From positions 74,733 through 106,335 of IMG/VR virus record IMGVR_UViG_3300037067_004979: 31,603 nucleotides of DNA; one strand, given 5' to 3'. Position 1 is the first letter of the stretch. Every line of letters starts with the position of its first letter. The notes under the pieces are model-generated. The model did no database searches and had not been told where the DNA came from. It worked only from the letters and a program-made list of their open reading frames with translations. Made by a program: the position numbers and the translations under genes. Positions 8,683 to 17,172 of this stretch are shown piece by piece. The stretch is from a virus (lineage: Duplodnaviria > Heunggongvirae > Uroviricota > Caudoviricetes).

Positions 8683-8902
8683 GGGTGAATCAGGATTAGA
8701 TCCAATTTCACTACATCAGTTAAGGATCTTATGTGATATGTCTCAATGTGATTCAAAAATATTTAATGATAGATGTGAGAGCACAACTTCTATATATAGA
8801 CATATAACCCACTGTATGTATTGGAATACCATTAATGATTTTCAATTATATTTATATATATTAAAAGAGGAAAGAGAATGCAAGAAGAAAAAGAAGATCT
8901 AA
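8606..8902 (+). CDS. Hypothetical protein (likely start ATG 8633)
   Basis: Open frame overlapping the primase end. Confidence 0.5.
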   Translation: MNYQDLRIQMNQQKLKLLNQLRAHIKGESGLDPISLHQLRILCDMSQCDSKIFNDRCESTTSIYRHITHCMYWNTINDFQLYLYILKEERECKKKKKI

Positions 8903-9225
8903 CTAGATACGTAACACTGGACGTAGTTCGTGATGAGATAAATAACTATCTCAAGAAAATGTTTAGAACAGAGTTTTGTCCTAACTGTAATGAGTTACAG
9001 AGTATGGCTATTATATATCATCTTGGTGAAATGAAGCTTGGTCTAATGCCTAAGATAAGTGAATCATACCGATGTCTTGGGTGTTTACATTTATATGAGT
9101 CAAAATTAGAGGAGGTTACAGAGAGAGACAATATACATAAAGTGAAGATGGGTTTTGCAAATACACCAAATAAGGAAGAGTCATCAAACAATAAAATAAA
9201 ACCAGTAAAAAGGGAGGAAAATTAA
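8878..9225 (+). CDS. Zinc-ribbon hypothetical protein
   Basis: CPNC...CLGC. Confidence 0.7.
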   Translation: MQEEKEDLTRYVTLDVVRDEINNYLKKMFRTEFCPNCNELQSMAIIYHLGEMKLGLMPKISESYRCLGCLHLYESKLEEVTERDNIHKVKMGFANTPNKEESSNNKIKPVKREEN

Positions 9226-9228
9226 AAA

Positions 9229-9945
9229 TTGTTAAAGGGATTAGGAGAATTAAAAGCAAAAGCTGAACAGGCTAGATCATTTTCTAATGAGGATAGAATA
9301 CTTCTTCTAAAGATAAAGGATGGTGAACACGCCAGAATAAGGATTCTAACTGATACAGAAGATATCATTAAGGCTGGGATCCATGAGGTTACAAAAACAA
9401 CACCAAAGGGTCCTGTTTACCCAAAGATATACTGTACAAAAGAGGATGGTGGTGTGTGTGAGGAGTGTAATAGGGGAGATATACCTAAATCAACACTGTT
9501 TTTCTGGGTGTATGTGTATGAGATCATGCATAAGCGTCAGAATCCACAACTTGAGCAGGATCCAAATGCCACAAGGTGGACACAGGTAAAGCTATCAGGC
9601 ACGGTTTACTATAGGGAAGATGTAAATGGGCCTAGAATTCTTAGAACAAAGCGTGGAAATAACAAGTACATTGAGAAGATGTTTGTTGATTATGCTGATG
9701 AGTATGGTACCTGGTGTGATCGTGATTATCGCTGGTCTAGAACAGGATCATCAATGGATGATACCTCATACTCGCTTGTACCTAAAGATCCGTCCAAGAT
9801 GACAAAGGAAATCACTGAGGTAGTTAAGTCTCTACCAAAACTTACTGATTATGTTATGGGAAAGACTTTTGTGCTTCATCCTGAGTCTGAGGATTCAAAT
9901 ATTAGTAAGAACAAATCAGACGAATCTGATGATGGTATTTTTTAA
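9229..9945 (+). CDS. Single-stranded DNA-binding protein (T4 gp32-like)
   Basis: H...YCTKEDGGVCEEC zinc site, aromatic-rich OB-like core, acidic tail DESDDGIF ending in Phe; sits with helicase and primase. Confidence 0.7.
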   Translation: MLKGLGELKAKAEQARSFSNEDRILLLKIKDGEHARIRILTDTEDIIKAGIHEVTKTTPKGPVYPKIYCTKEDGGVCEECNRGDIPKSTLFFWVYVYEIMHKRQNPQLEQDPNATRWTQVKLSGTVYYREDVNGPRILRTKRGNNKYIEKMFVDYADEYGTWCDRDYRWSRTGSSMDDTSYSLVPKDPSKMTKEITEVVKSLPKLTDYVMGKTFVLHPESEDSNISKNKSDESDDGIF

Positions 9946-9964
9946 TTAAGGAGGAAAGAAAGGA

Positions 9965-10183
9965 ATGTCACAATCTCATGAGTTCATAGTTAAGAACTCA
10001 AAGAAAATTACAGCAGAATCTGAGAAAAGGGGTATCACAGCTACAGCAGATAAATTTGGTGTTTCAAATTGGTCTGTATATGTAGCAAGAGCTCTTGAGG
10101 GTGAGTATGTACCAGTTGCAACTCTTGCTCTTATCAGGAAACGTATATCGTCAATGAAACCACGTTCATCTAAGAGGAGCTAA
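9965..10183 (+). CDS. Small HTH-like DNA-binding protein
   Basis: GITATADKFGVSNWSVY helix-turn-helix pattern; AAGGA RBS. Confidence 0.55.
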   Translation: MSQSHEFIVKNSKKITAESEKRGITATADKFGVSNWSVYVARALEGEYVPVATLALIRKRISSMKPRSSKRS

Positions 10184-10278
10184 ACACAGGTGTTCCCTCT
10201 ATCTGTTAATCAGTTAAGGGATATATAGAGAATATGAAGATGGGAATATCTATTAATAAAATAAAAGGAGAGAAAGAA

Positions 10279-10731
10279 ATGATTGACATTAAAAAGATGA
10301 GAGTTGAGGCTGGCTTAACACAGAGTGAGTTTGCCAGTGAGGTTGGGTGTAGTACCTGGTCAATATGCATGTGGGAAACAAAACAGGTTTATCCCAGTAG
10401 GTCTTCAGTACTTGCAATAAAAAAGTGGCTGAAGGCTCGTAGAGATCCAGAATTAACTGGATCCACATCAAATAGGTCAAAAACCACAAATATTCCTGCC
10501 TATGTTATTAGGCGTGTACAGGGTCATGAGATGGCACTATTCAAAGCCAGTGATAAGATTAATAGTCTTTTTTGGCAAGAAATAGATGCCGCACCTCAGA
10601 TCCAAAGGAACATAGAACGGGGTATACCAATCAAGGCCCAGTGTGAGTTAGCCCTAAGCCAGGTCAGTGGTAGGTTGGATCCAACTCTAGTTAAGGGCTA
10701 TTTCAGCCGGATATCAAATATAAAAAAATAA
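10279..10731 (+). CDS. XRE-family HTH regulator with C-terminal extension
   Basis: IKKMRVEAGLTQSEFASEVGCSTWSICMWETKQVYPS; GGAG RBS favours start 10279 over 10234. Confidence 0.85.
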   Translation: MIDIKKMRVEAGLTQSEFASEVGCSTWSICMWETKQVYPSRSSVLAIKKWLKARRDPELTGSTSNRSKTTNIPAYVIRRVQGHEMALFKASDKINSLFWQEIDAAPQIQRNIERGIPIKAQCELALSQVSGRLDPTLVKGYFSRISNIKK

Positions 10732-10742
10732 ATAGATTTATG

Positions 10743-10771
10743 TTTGGGGGTGTTATAAAAGCACCCCCAAA
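10743..10771. terminator. Strong stem-loop, possible intrinsic terminator or processing site
   Basis: TTTGGGGGTG(10743-52) / CACCCCCAAA(10762-71) perfect 10-bp inverted repeat right after the XRE stop; no classical U-tract on the + strand. Confidence 0.55.
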
Positions 10772-10793
10772 TAAATTAAATAGGAGAGAAAAG

Positions 10794-11099
10794 ATGAATA
10801 AGAATGATGGTAAGTTATTAGCTATGAATCTTCACACCAGGTATGAATATCATCGATATGATGATAATTCAGTTCTCACTGTGTGTAATTTAGAGAGAAC
10901 TGATAGAGGTATTATTGCTAGGGGACTGGCAATATGTTCAACTAGGGATGTATTTAATAAGGCTGAGGGTAGATCAAAATCTCTTGGTAGAGCTATTGCA
11001 GCTGTTGAGCATAGATCCGCATTGTGGCCTGTACAGAGAACAGATAACAAGGCCTCTATAGAGTGTAGGGGACTATATAAGGCTGAGTTTTGGGGATAG
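10794..11099 (+). CDS. Conserved-type phage hypothetical protein
   Basis: GLAICSTRDVFNKAEGRSKSLGRA pattern common in phage small proteins; AGGAG RBS supports start 10794. Confidence 0.7.
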   Translation: MNKNDGKLLAMNLHTRYEYHRYDDNSVLTVCNLERTDRGIIARGLAICSTRDVFNKAEGRSKSLGRAIAAVEHRSALWPVQRTDNKASIECRGLYKAEFWG

Positions 11100-11128
11100 C
11101 AACAATAAAAAATTAGGAGATAGTAATA

Positions 11129-11443
11129 ATGTCAGAAGTAAGTGCAAAGATAGGTTTAACACTGAAGTTATTTAAGGATTCCAGTTATGAGTTTATTCGT
11201 CCTGAGATATCAATTGATAAGATAGATACCTCTAGACCAATTAAACCACAGATAGATGAGGCTGTTAAAGCTATACGTGAGGTTTGGGATGCTACAACAG
11301 AGGAAATGAATAAGATTCTGGCAGATGAGATGCCACAGGTAAATGCTGCAATGGAGGTACAGATAGCCAAAAAAATGAAGCGCATGGAGGAGACAATAAA
11401 ATCTCTTGATGAGCGCATAGCAAAGCTAACGGAGCCTGCATAA
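11129..11443 (+). CDS. Hypothetical coiled-coil protein
   Basis: 104 aa, AGGAG RBS, heptad C-terminus. Confidence 0.75.
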   Translation: MSEVSAKIGLTLKLFKDSSYEFIRPEISIDKIDTSRPIKPQIDEAVKAIREVWDATTEEMNKILADEMPQVNAAMEVQIAKKMKRMEETIKSLDERIAKLTEPA

Positions 11444-11796
11444 TGGATAAGATATCTACCCAGGGTGAGTATCAAAAGCAGGTGTTTGGTAAGGACCTAT
11501 CATCACTATCTGATAAACAAAGGATATCTGAATCTAATACAATGATATTAGCTGTGATAGAGGAACTGATGGAGCTAATGTCAGAGTATAAAGCCTTTGA
11601 GTGGAAAAAAGACAAGACACCTGATATTGATTTAATACATGAAGAAATTGTGGACATATATCACTTTTTTATGAACCTGTGTTTAATCTGGGGTTTAAAT
11701 AGTGATTCTAAATTAGAAGAATTTTATATCAGAAAGCTATCAAAGAATTATGAAAGAGGAGGTTTACATAATGATTCCTCTCACACTCATAAGTGA
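11443..11796 (+). CDS. All-alpha NTP pyrophosphatase (dimeric dUTPase/dCTPase/MazG-like)
   Basis: EELMELMSE..AFEWKK....IHEEIVDIYHFFMN acidic EExxE / EExxD motifs. Confidence 0.8.
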   Translation: MDKISTQGEYQKQVFGKDLSSLSDKQRISESNTMILAVIEELMELMSEYKAFEWKKDKTPDIDLIHEEIVDIYHFFMNLCLIWGLNSDSKLEEFYIRKLSKNYERGGLHNDSSHTHK

Positions 11797-12637
11797 TAAC
11801 ATAGATGATTTATATAAAAAATCTATAGTTGAGATTTTGAGTCAGTACTCTATTGTAGAAGCTAGAGGGTTAAAATTTAAAGAAGTTCTTTTTCCGCATT
11901 TAATTTTAACAAATCCTAGAGCAAGAATTATTCAAAACTCAGCTAGAAAGATTTCTAAAAAATTTATGATGGCTGAGTTTATTTGGATAATGAGTGGAAG
12001 TGAAGATGTCGAAATGATTTCACATTATAATAAGAATATTGTACAATTTTCAGATGATGAAAAGGTTTTCCATGGAGCATATGGCCCAAGATTAAGAATG
12101 TGGGAATATACTGAAAATTACGACCATAAATATTATGATCAATTAAGTGGTTGTTTAGAAAAATTGAAGAATGATCATGGAACACGTCAAGCGGTTATGA
12201 TTATTTTGAACCCTGGAATAGATTTTACAGTAAAAACAAAAGACATACCATGTAATGATTTATTACAATTCTTTATAAGGGATAATAAACTACATATGAG
12301 CTGTTATGTACGTTCCAATGACTTGAACTGGGGTTTTCCGTATGATGTATTTCACTGGACAATGCTACAAGAACTTTATGCTGGTATACTTGGTGTAGAA
12401 CTTGGTGAATACCACCATATTGCTGGTAGTTTTCATATTTATGACAAAGACTTAGAAAAAATGGATTTAATAAGTAGATGTCAAGTTAATCAAATAGAGA
12501 TGCCAAAAATGCCAAAATATACTGATTTACATATATTGACTACATTAAATAACTTTGAAAAAGAAATAAGAATATACCAGAAGCCTATTATTAAAGTTTT
12601 TGATTCATACTGGACTGAATTATTGAGTTGGTTATGA
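11771..12637 (+). CDS. Thymidylate-synthase-family enzyme, predicted dCMP hydroxymethylase
   Basis: TRQAV, DIPCN catalytic Cys, RSNDLNWGFPYD (Asp at the E. coli ThyA N177 position, as in T4 gp42), GSFHIY. Confidence 0.85.
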   Translation: MIPLTLISDNIDDLYKKSIVEILSQYSIVEARGLKFKEVLFPHLILTNPRARIIQNSARKISKKFMMAEFIWIMSGSEDVEMISHYNKNIVQFSDDEKVFHGAYGPRLRMWEYTENYDHKYYDQLSGCLEKLKNDHGTRQAVMIILNPGIDFTVKTKDIPCNDLLQFFIRDNKLHMSCYVRSNDLNWGFPYDVFHWTMLQELYAGILGVELGEYHHIAGSFHIYDKDLEKMDLISRCQVNQIEMPKMPKYTDLHILTTLNNFEKEIRIYQKPIIKVFDSYWTELLSWL

Positions 12638-14307
12638 AAATATCTTTAATTGATGCTATGCAAGCACCCAAAGTGTGTGCTATTGACTTAGAAACCACAG
12701 GTTTATCTTATGTTAGTGATAAAGCTCTAAATATGGGAATATATGGAGATAGTTTTGAAGGTTACTTTAATTTTTGTGATTATTCAAAGTCTCAATTAAG
12801 TAGTTTTTTTAGAGACTTTCTTAAATCACATTCTGTCATATTACATAATGCTAAATTTGACTTTCATTTTATTAATAAATTTACCTCTGTTGAGGATGTT
12901 GAATTCTCAGATACAATGATATTATCCCAGATAATTGATGAAAGAAAACCATCACATAAATTGGATTATTTAGCAAAGTCTAATTTTGGTGATTCGTCTT
13001 GTATAGCAAAAAATAAAGTGGATAATATATGGAAAGAGATAAAGAGCAGAAAAAAAGTTAAACTTTATACAGAAGTACCAGAAAATCTTCTTGGTGACAG
13101 AGCTGTGGAAGATAGCAAGAATTCTTATAAGTTATACAAAATATTTAGGCCTCTTTTATATAATACTTCTGTGTATTCAATGGAAAAAGAACTATTAAAG
13201 AGATTACTTATTATTGAAGAAAATGGTGTCTTGATTGATATAGACTATCTAAAAACCTTGAGGGTAAAATTACAAGATAGTATGCTTGCTCTTGAAGAGA
13301 AATACAAAGATATTAATTTGAATTCTTCTGATCAAGTTGGCAAAATTCTATTTAATAAGATGAATATTAGTCCAACAAAATTTACCAAAGGAGGAAAACC
13401 TTCTGCTGATGAAAGTGTATTAAAATCTTTGAATACTGAATTTTCTAGAGATGTTCTTGAATATAGAAACATATCGCATATGCTGAGTACATATGTTGAA
13501 GCTTTTTTAGATAGAAAGGATGATAATAATAAATTACATTGTAACTTTAAGCAATTGGGTGCAAGAACTAGTAGACTGAGTTGTACAGAACCTAATTTAC
13601 AACAAATACCAAAAGGCGAAATGATACGTAAAGCATTTATTGGTAATAAAAGTCTTTCGACATTCGACTATTCACAAATGGAAGCTATATTATATGCTCT
13701 ATTTAGAAAGGAGAAAACTTTACTTAGTGCTTTAGACAGTGGTAATGATTTGTATAAGGCCATGGCCACACAAGTTTTTTCTAAGAAAATTACTGATATA
13801 ACAGCTGAGGAGCGTGATACGGCTAAAGATATTTTTTTGGGGACTATATATGGAATGGGGCAAAAAACATTAGAAAGTAGAGCGAAAGGCATAACTATAG
13901 GACAGATTAGGTCTGCTTTTAAATCATTAACTAAATTTAATAAAGAAGTTTGTGAAAAAGTAGAATCTGATGGATACGTTGAAACTATTTTTGGTTACAG
14001 AAGACATCTGTTTGAAGATGAGGCTTACAAAGGAATAAATGCTATTATTCAAGGGTCTGCGGCTGGTATCCTTAAAAAATCTATAATAGCTTTTCCTAGT
14101 TATTTATTAAATAAATTTAGAATAACTGTACATGATGAAAATATTTTTGAGGATCTAGAAAAAGATGAATTTTATGAGGTAGAAAAAATAATGACTGAAT
14201 TTAGTGATTATCTTAAAGTAAAGATACGAACTGGTCAGACTTGGTGGGACTGTTGTAAAGATAAGGAACCTTCTTATACTGAAGAATTTTATAAGGTTGG
14301 TATGTAA
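12634..14307 (+). CDS. polA: Family A DNA polymerase with 3'-5' exonuclease, no 5'-3' exonuclease
   Basis: Exo I DLETTG, Exo II HNAKFD; TSRLSCTEPNLQQIP; motif A FDYSQME; motif B RDTAKDIFLGTIYG; motif C VHDE. Confidence 0.93.
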   Translation: MKISLIDAMQAPKVCAIDLETTGLSYVSDKALNMGIYGDSFEGYFNFCDYSKSQLSSFFRDFLKSHSVILHNAKFDFHFINKFTSVEDVEFSDTMILSQIIDERKPSHKLDYLAKSNFGDSSCIAKNKVDNIWKEIKSRKKVKLYTEVPENLLGDRAVEDSKNSYKLYKIFRPLLYNTSVYSMEKELLKRLLIIEENGVLIDIDYLKTLRVKLQDSMLALEEKYKDINLNSSDQVGKILFNKMNISPTKFTKGGKPSADESVLKSLNTEFSRDVLEYRNISHMLSTYVEAFLDRKDDNNKLHCNFKQLGARTSRLSCTEPNLQQIPKGEMIRKAFIGNKSLSTFDYSQMEAILYALFRKEKTLLSALDSGNDLYKAMATQVFSKKITDITAEERDTAKDIFLGTIYGMGQKTLESRAKGITIGQIRSAFKSLTKFNKEVCEKVESDGYVETIFGYRRHLFEDEAYKGINAIIQGSAAGILKKSIIAFPSYLLNKFRITVHDENIFEDLEKDEFYEVEKIMTEFSDYLKVKIRTGQTWWDCCKDKEPSYTEEFYKVGM

Positions 14308-15929
14308 TGCTAATTTCATTAGGGCATAACTCATCTGCTATAAGAACAGGTGATGAAGTAGTTGGCTATGAAGAAGAAAGATTAACAAGAATAAAATCTG
14401 ATTCCACTTTTCCTGTTAATTCATTAAAAAAACTTAATTTTTCAAAGTCAGATGTAACTTATATATCACATTGGTATGATAATTTTGACTTTTACAAAGA
14501 AAGTATACCTGATATAGGAAACCATCAGTATAATTATCTATACATGGGTATGACAAATCCTGAAATAGTGACACTAAGTAAAAATTTTACTCATCATGAT
14601 GCGCATGCCTACTCTTCTCTAGCTTTTTTGAGAGAATTTAGCAATAAAAATGAGCCATTCTATCTAATTGTAGCAGACGGTTTTGGTAACAAACAAGAAG
14701 TTATTTCTATATATAAAACCATAGGAACAGACATTTCTCTAATAGATAGAATTTTTGATTATAAACATTCTTTGGGGTTGCTTTATCAATATGCAACATC
14801 TTTTGTTGGCATGAAGGAAAATCAAGATGAGTATAAATTTTTAGGTTATGAATCACATGTTGATGATTATCTATCAAAAAAAGAAATGGAAGATCTTGAT
14901 AAAGAAGCTTATAAATACATAAGTCACTGGATACAAACTATTGGTAAACATAGTGTATTACCAGATGAAAAATACATAAATATAGAAGAATTAAGAGACA
15001 GCAAAAAGTATTTCTATGATGTTTTTAATGAAATAAATAAGATTTTTAAGTGTAAATCTAAAGATAGCCTTAGGTCTATTATAGGTTACTTTGTACAGAA
15101 AGTAATAGAAGAGATAAATATATACTTTATTCAAAAATATGGGATGGAAAATGTAGCCCTTTCTGGTGGTTTGTATTATAATGTTAAGTTGAATAATAAA
15201 ATATTAAAAACTATTCCTGGTAAACTTAGTGTTATACCACTCGCAGGAGATCAAGGTGCTGCTATAGGCTTGTATTATAAGTATAACTATAGCTTCAAAT
15301 TTAAAGACTTACTCTGGGGCAAAAGAGAAATAGAAAATATTAGCAATTACAACATTAGCCATATAGTTAATAAGCTAAAAAATGATGAAATCGTCCAAAT
15401 TGTTTGTGGTAATATGGAGTTTGGGCCAAGAGCTTTATGTAATACTAGTACTTTATGTATACCAAATAAAGAAAATGTTGGTCTAATTAATTATATCAAT
15501 GGCAGAAATACAGTAATGCCAATGGCACCTGTTATATTAGAGAAAAATCTTGCTGAATTCTTTGAGAAAGACCAATTTTCTAGAGTAATTGGGTCTGATA
15601 GATTTATGATTATAACGTATGATTATAAGAATAATCCTGGTGATTTTTATGGTGGTGCTGCTCATAAATATCCCATGATTGATAGATACAGTGGCAGGCC
15701 ACAAGTAATAACGGATAGAAATTCATACATCTATAAAGTTCTTTTAGAATTGGACAAATCTAATATAAAGATGCTTATAAATACAAGTTTCAATGTGCAC
15801 GGAAAGCCTATTGTTTATTCTGAAATTGATGCTATAAATGATTTTGATTATCAAAAGCAACGTTCAAAGGACAGAAATAACAAGCCTATTCATTTGCTTA
15901 TTGGTAATATATGGAGATCAAATGAATAG
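14307..15929 (+). CDS. O-carbamoyltransferase (CmcH/NodU/TobZ family)
   Basis: GHNSSA, EEERLTRIK, HHDAHAYS, DGFG, LSGGLYYNVKLN, GDQGAAIG, EFGPRAL, INTSFNVHGKPIV; Kae1-like plus YrdC-like domains. Confidence 0.93.
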   Translation: MLISLGHNSSAIRTGDEVVGYEEERLTRIKSDSTFPVNSLKKLNFSKSDVTYISHWYDNFDFYKESIPDIGNHQYNYLYMGMTNPEIVTLSKNFTHHDAHAYSSLAFLREFSNKNEPFYLIVADGFGNKQEVISIYKTIGTDISLIDRIFDYKHSLGLLYQYATSFVGMKENQDEYKFLGYESHVDDYLSKKEMEDLDKEAYKYISHWIQTIGKHSVLPDEKYINIEELRDSKKYFYDVFNEINKIFKCKSKDSLRSIIGYFVQKVIEEINIYFIQKYGMENVALSGGLYYNVKLNNKILKTIPGKLSVIPLAGDQGAAIGLYYKYNYSFKFKDLLWGKREIENISNYNISHIVNKLKNDEIVQIVCGNMEFGPRALCNTSTLCIPNKENVGLINYINGRNTVMPMAPVILEKNLAEFFEKDQFSRVIGSDRFMIITYDYKNNPGDFYGGAAHKYPMIDRYSGRPQVITDRNSYIYKVLLELDKSNIKMLINTSFNVHGKPIVYSEIDAINDFDYQKQRSKDRNNKPIHLLIGNIWRSNE

Positions 15930-17172
15930 TTTTAAGATAGCTTGTTCTGGAGCGTGTCATTCAGGTAAAACTACATTTATAGAGTCAATAAAGGAGAAAC
16001 TTGGGGATGATGTTGTCATTTTTAATGAGCATGCAAGAGATGAGTCTATTAGCAATATAGATGAGCTTCGTAATAATTCAGATGAATATTTTAAATTCCA
16101 GACTAGAGTGATATCAAACAAGATTAAAGATGAAAATTATTCCTTTAGTATAAAGGATAAAATTATTCTTTTTGATAGAAGTTTAGTAGATTCATTTTAT
16201 TATTTAACATTTTTTGTAGATAAATCAACTTTATCAAGAGAAAATCTAGCTGAGTACTTAGGCTTTGTTAATTCTTTATATGATAGAAATGTTAAACCAA
16301 TTTATGATAGAATTTTGTTCTTTAATAGTCTATCTATAAAAGATCAGACTGACAAATACAGACCAAAGAATTTGGATTTATACCAAGAACTTGAGGAAAA
16401 ATATATATCATTGCTTTTAAATGGATTCAACAACAAAGTTAGTCAGTTTTCTAGAAAAGAAGATGATATTTCTTCTTTGATTTTTTCTATAAAGGAAAAT
16501 ATGGTTATGGCGCAGCAAAAGGTACTCTCTTCATATATAAACTATGAAGAGAGTATTGTAAAGAAGTACTTAATTTTAGATAATATCATTTCTAATAGAT
16601 TTGGATCTGTTGTGTCAAGTTCTTTTGATATGGATTATATGTTATTATCTGGTTTGTTGTTTAGTGATAATGTAGAAAATAGTAATATGATTATTAACAA
16701 AATAAAAGATATAGAAATAGAGCCAGATTTTATGAATTCTAGGTGTCACCCAACTGGCTTATTTATAAAAGGTAATGACATGATAGTTGGTGAGGCTCCT
16801 GGGCAAAAAGGCAGATCTATAAAACCAGAATATTTAAAGCCATCTTTTATTTTTGAAAAGCCTTCTTTCATATTAAGGAATTCTATAAAAGAGTCATTCA
16901 ATAGAATGCCATATATAACAAATCTTCTTAAATATGCTAGATCTGATAATAAAGTGACCAAAAAAGATTTTGATAAAACATCACACATCTTTGATTTAGA
17001 AGTTGATTTATTAAGCCCAAAAAGAATATTTGTCTTAGGAAGAAATGCTTTTGAATATCTATCTGAAAAATATTCAAATGTTATTTATATTAAGCATCCA
17101 GCAGCTATATTGTATACAGGAGAAGACATTAACGAATATAAAGCCTCTTTCAAGGAGAAAATTAAATGCTAG
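15922..17172 (+). CDS. Fusion of P-loop nucleoside/nucleotide kinase (AAA_28/NadR-like) and uracil-DNA-glycosylase-like domain
   Basis: N-terminal GACHSGKTT and FDRSLVD; C-terminal IVGEAPG, YITNLLK, E..LLSPKRIFVLGRNA, KHPAAILY. Start ATG 15922 preferred over 15838. Confidence 0.8.
   Translation: MNSFKIACSGACHSGKTTFIESIKEKLGDDVVIFNEHARDESISNIDELRNNSDEYFKFQTRVISNKIKDENYSFSIKDKIILFDRSLVDSFYYLTFFVDKSTLSRENLAEYLGFVNSLYDRNVKPIYDRILFFNSLSIKDQTDKYRPKNLDLYQELEEKYISLLLNGFNNKVSQFSRKEDDISSLIFSIKENMVMAQQKVLSSYINYEESIVKKYLILDNIISNRFGSVVSSSFDMDYMLLSGLLFSDNVENSNMIINKIKDIEIEPDFMNSRCHPTGLFIKGNDMIVGEAPGQKGRSIKPEYLKPSFIFEKPSFILRNSIKESFNRMPYITNLLKYARSDNKVTKKDFDKTSHIFDLEVDLLSPKRIFVLGRNAFEYLSEKYSNVIYIKHPAAILYTGEDINEYKASFKEKIKC

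Noticed and set aside
11771-12637. Ordinary ThyA thymidylate synthase call
   Set aside because: Asp rather than Asn at the pyrimidine-specificity position and the carbamoyltransferase context favour a dCMP-modifying enzyme, though activity is untested.
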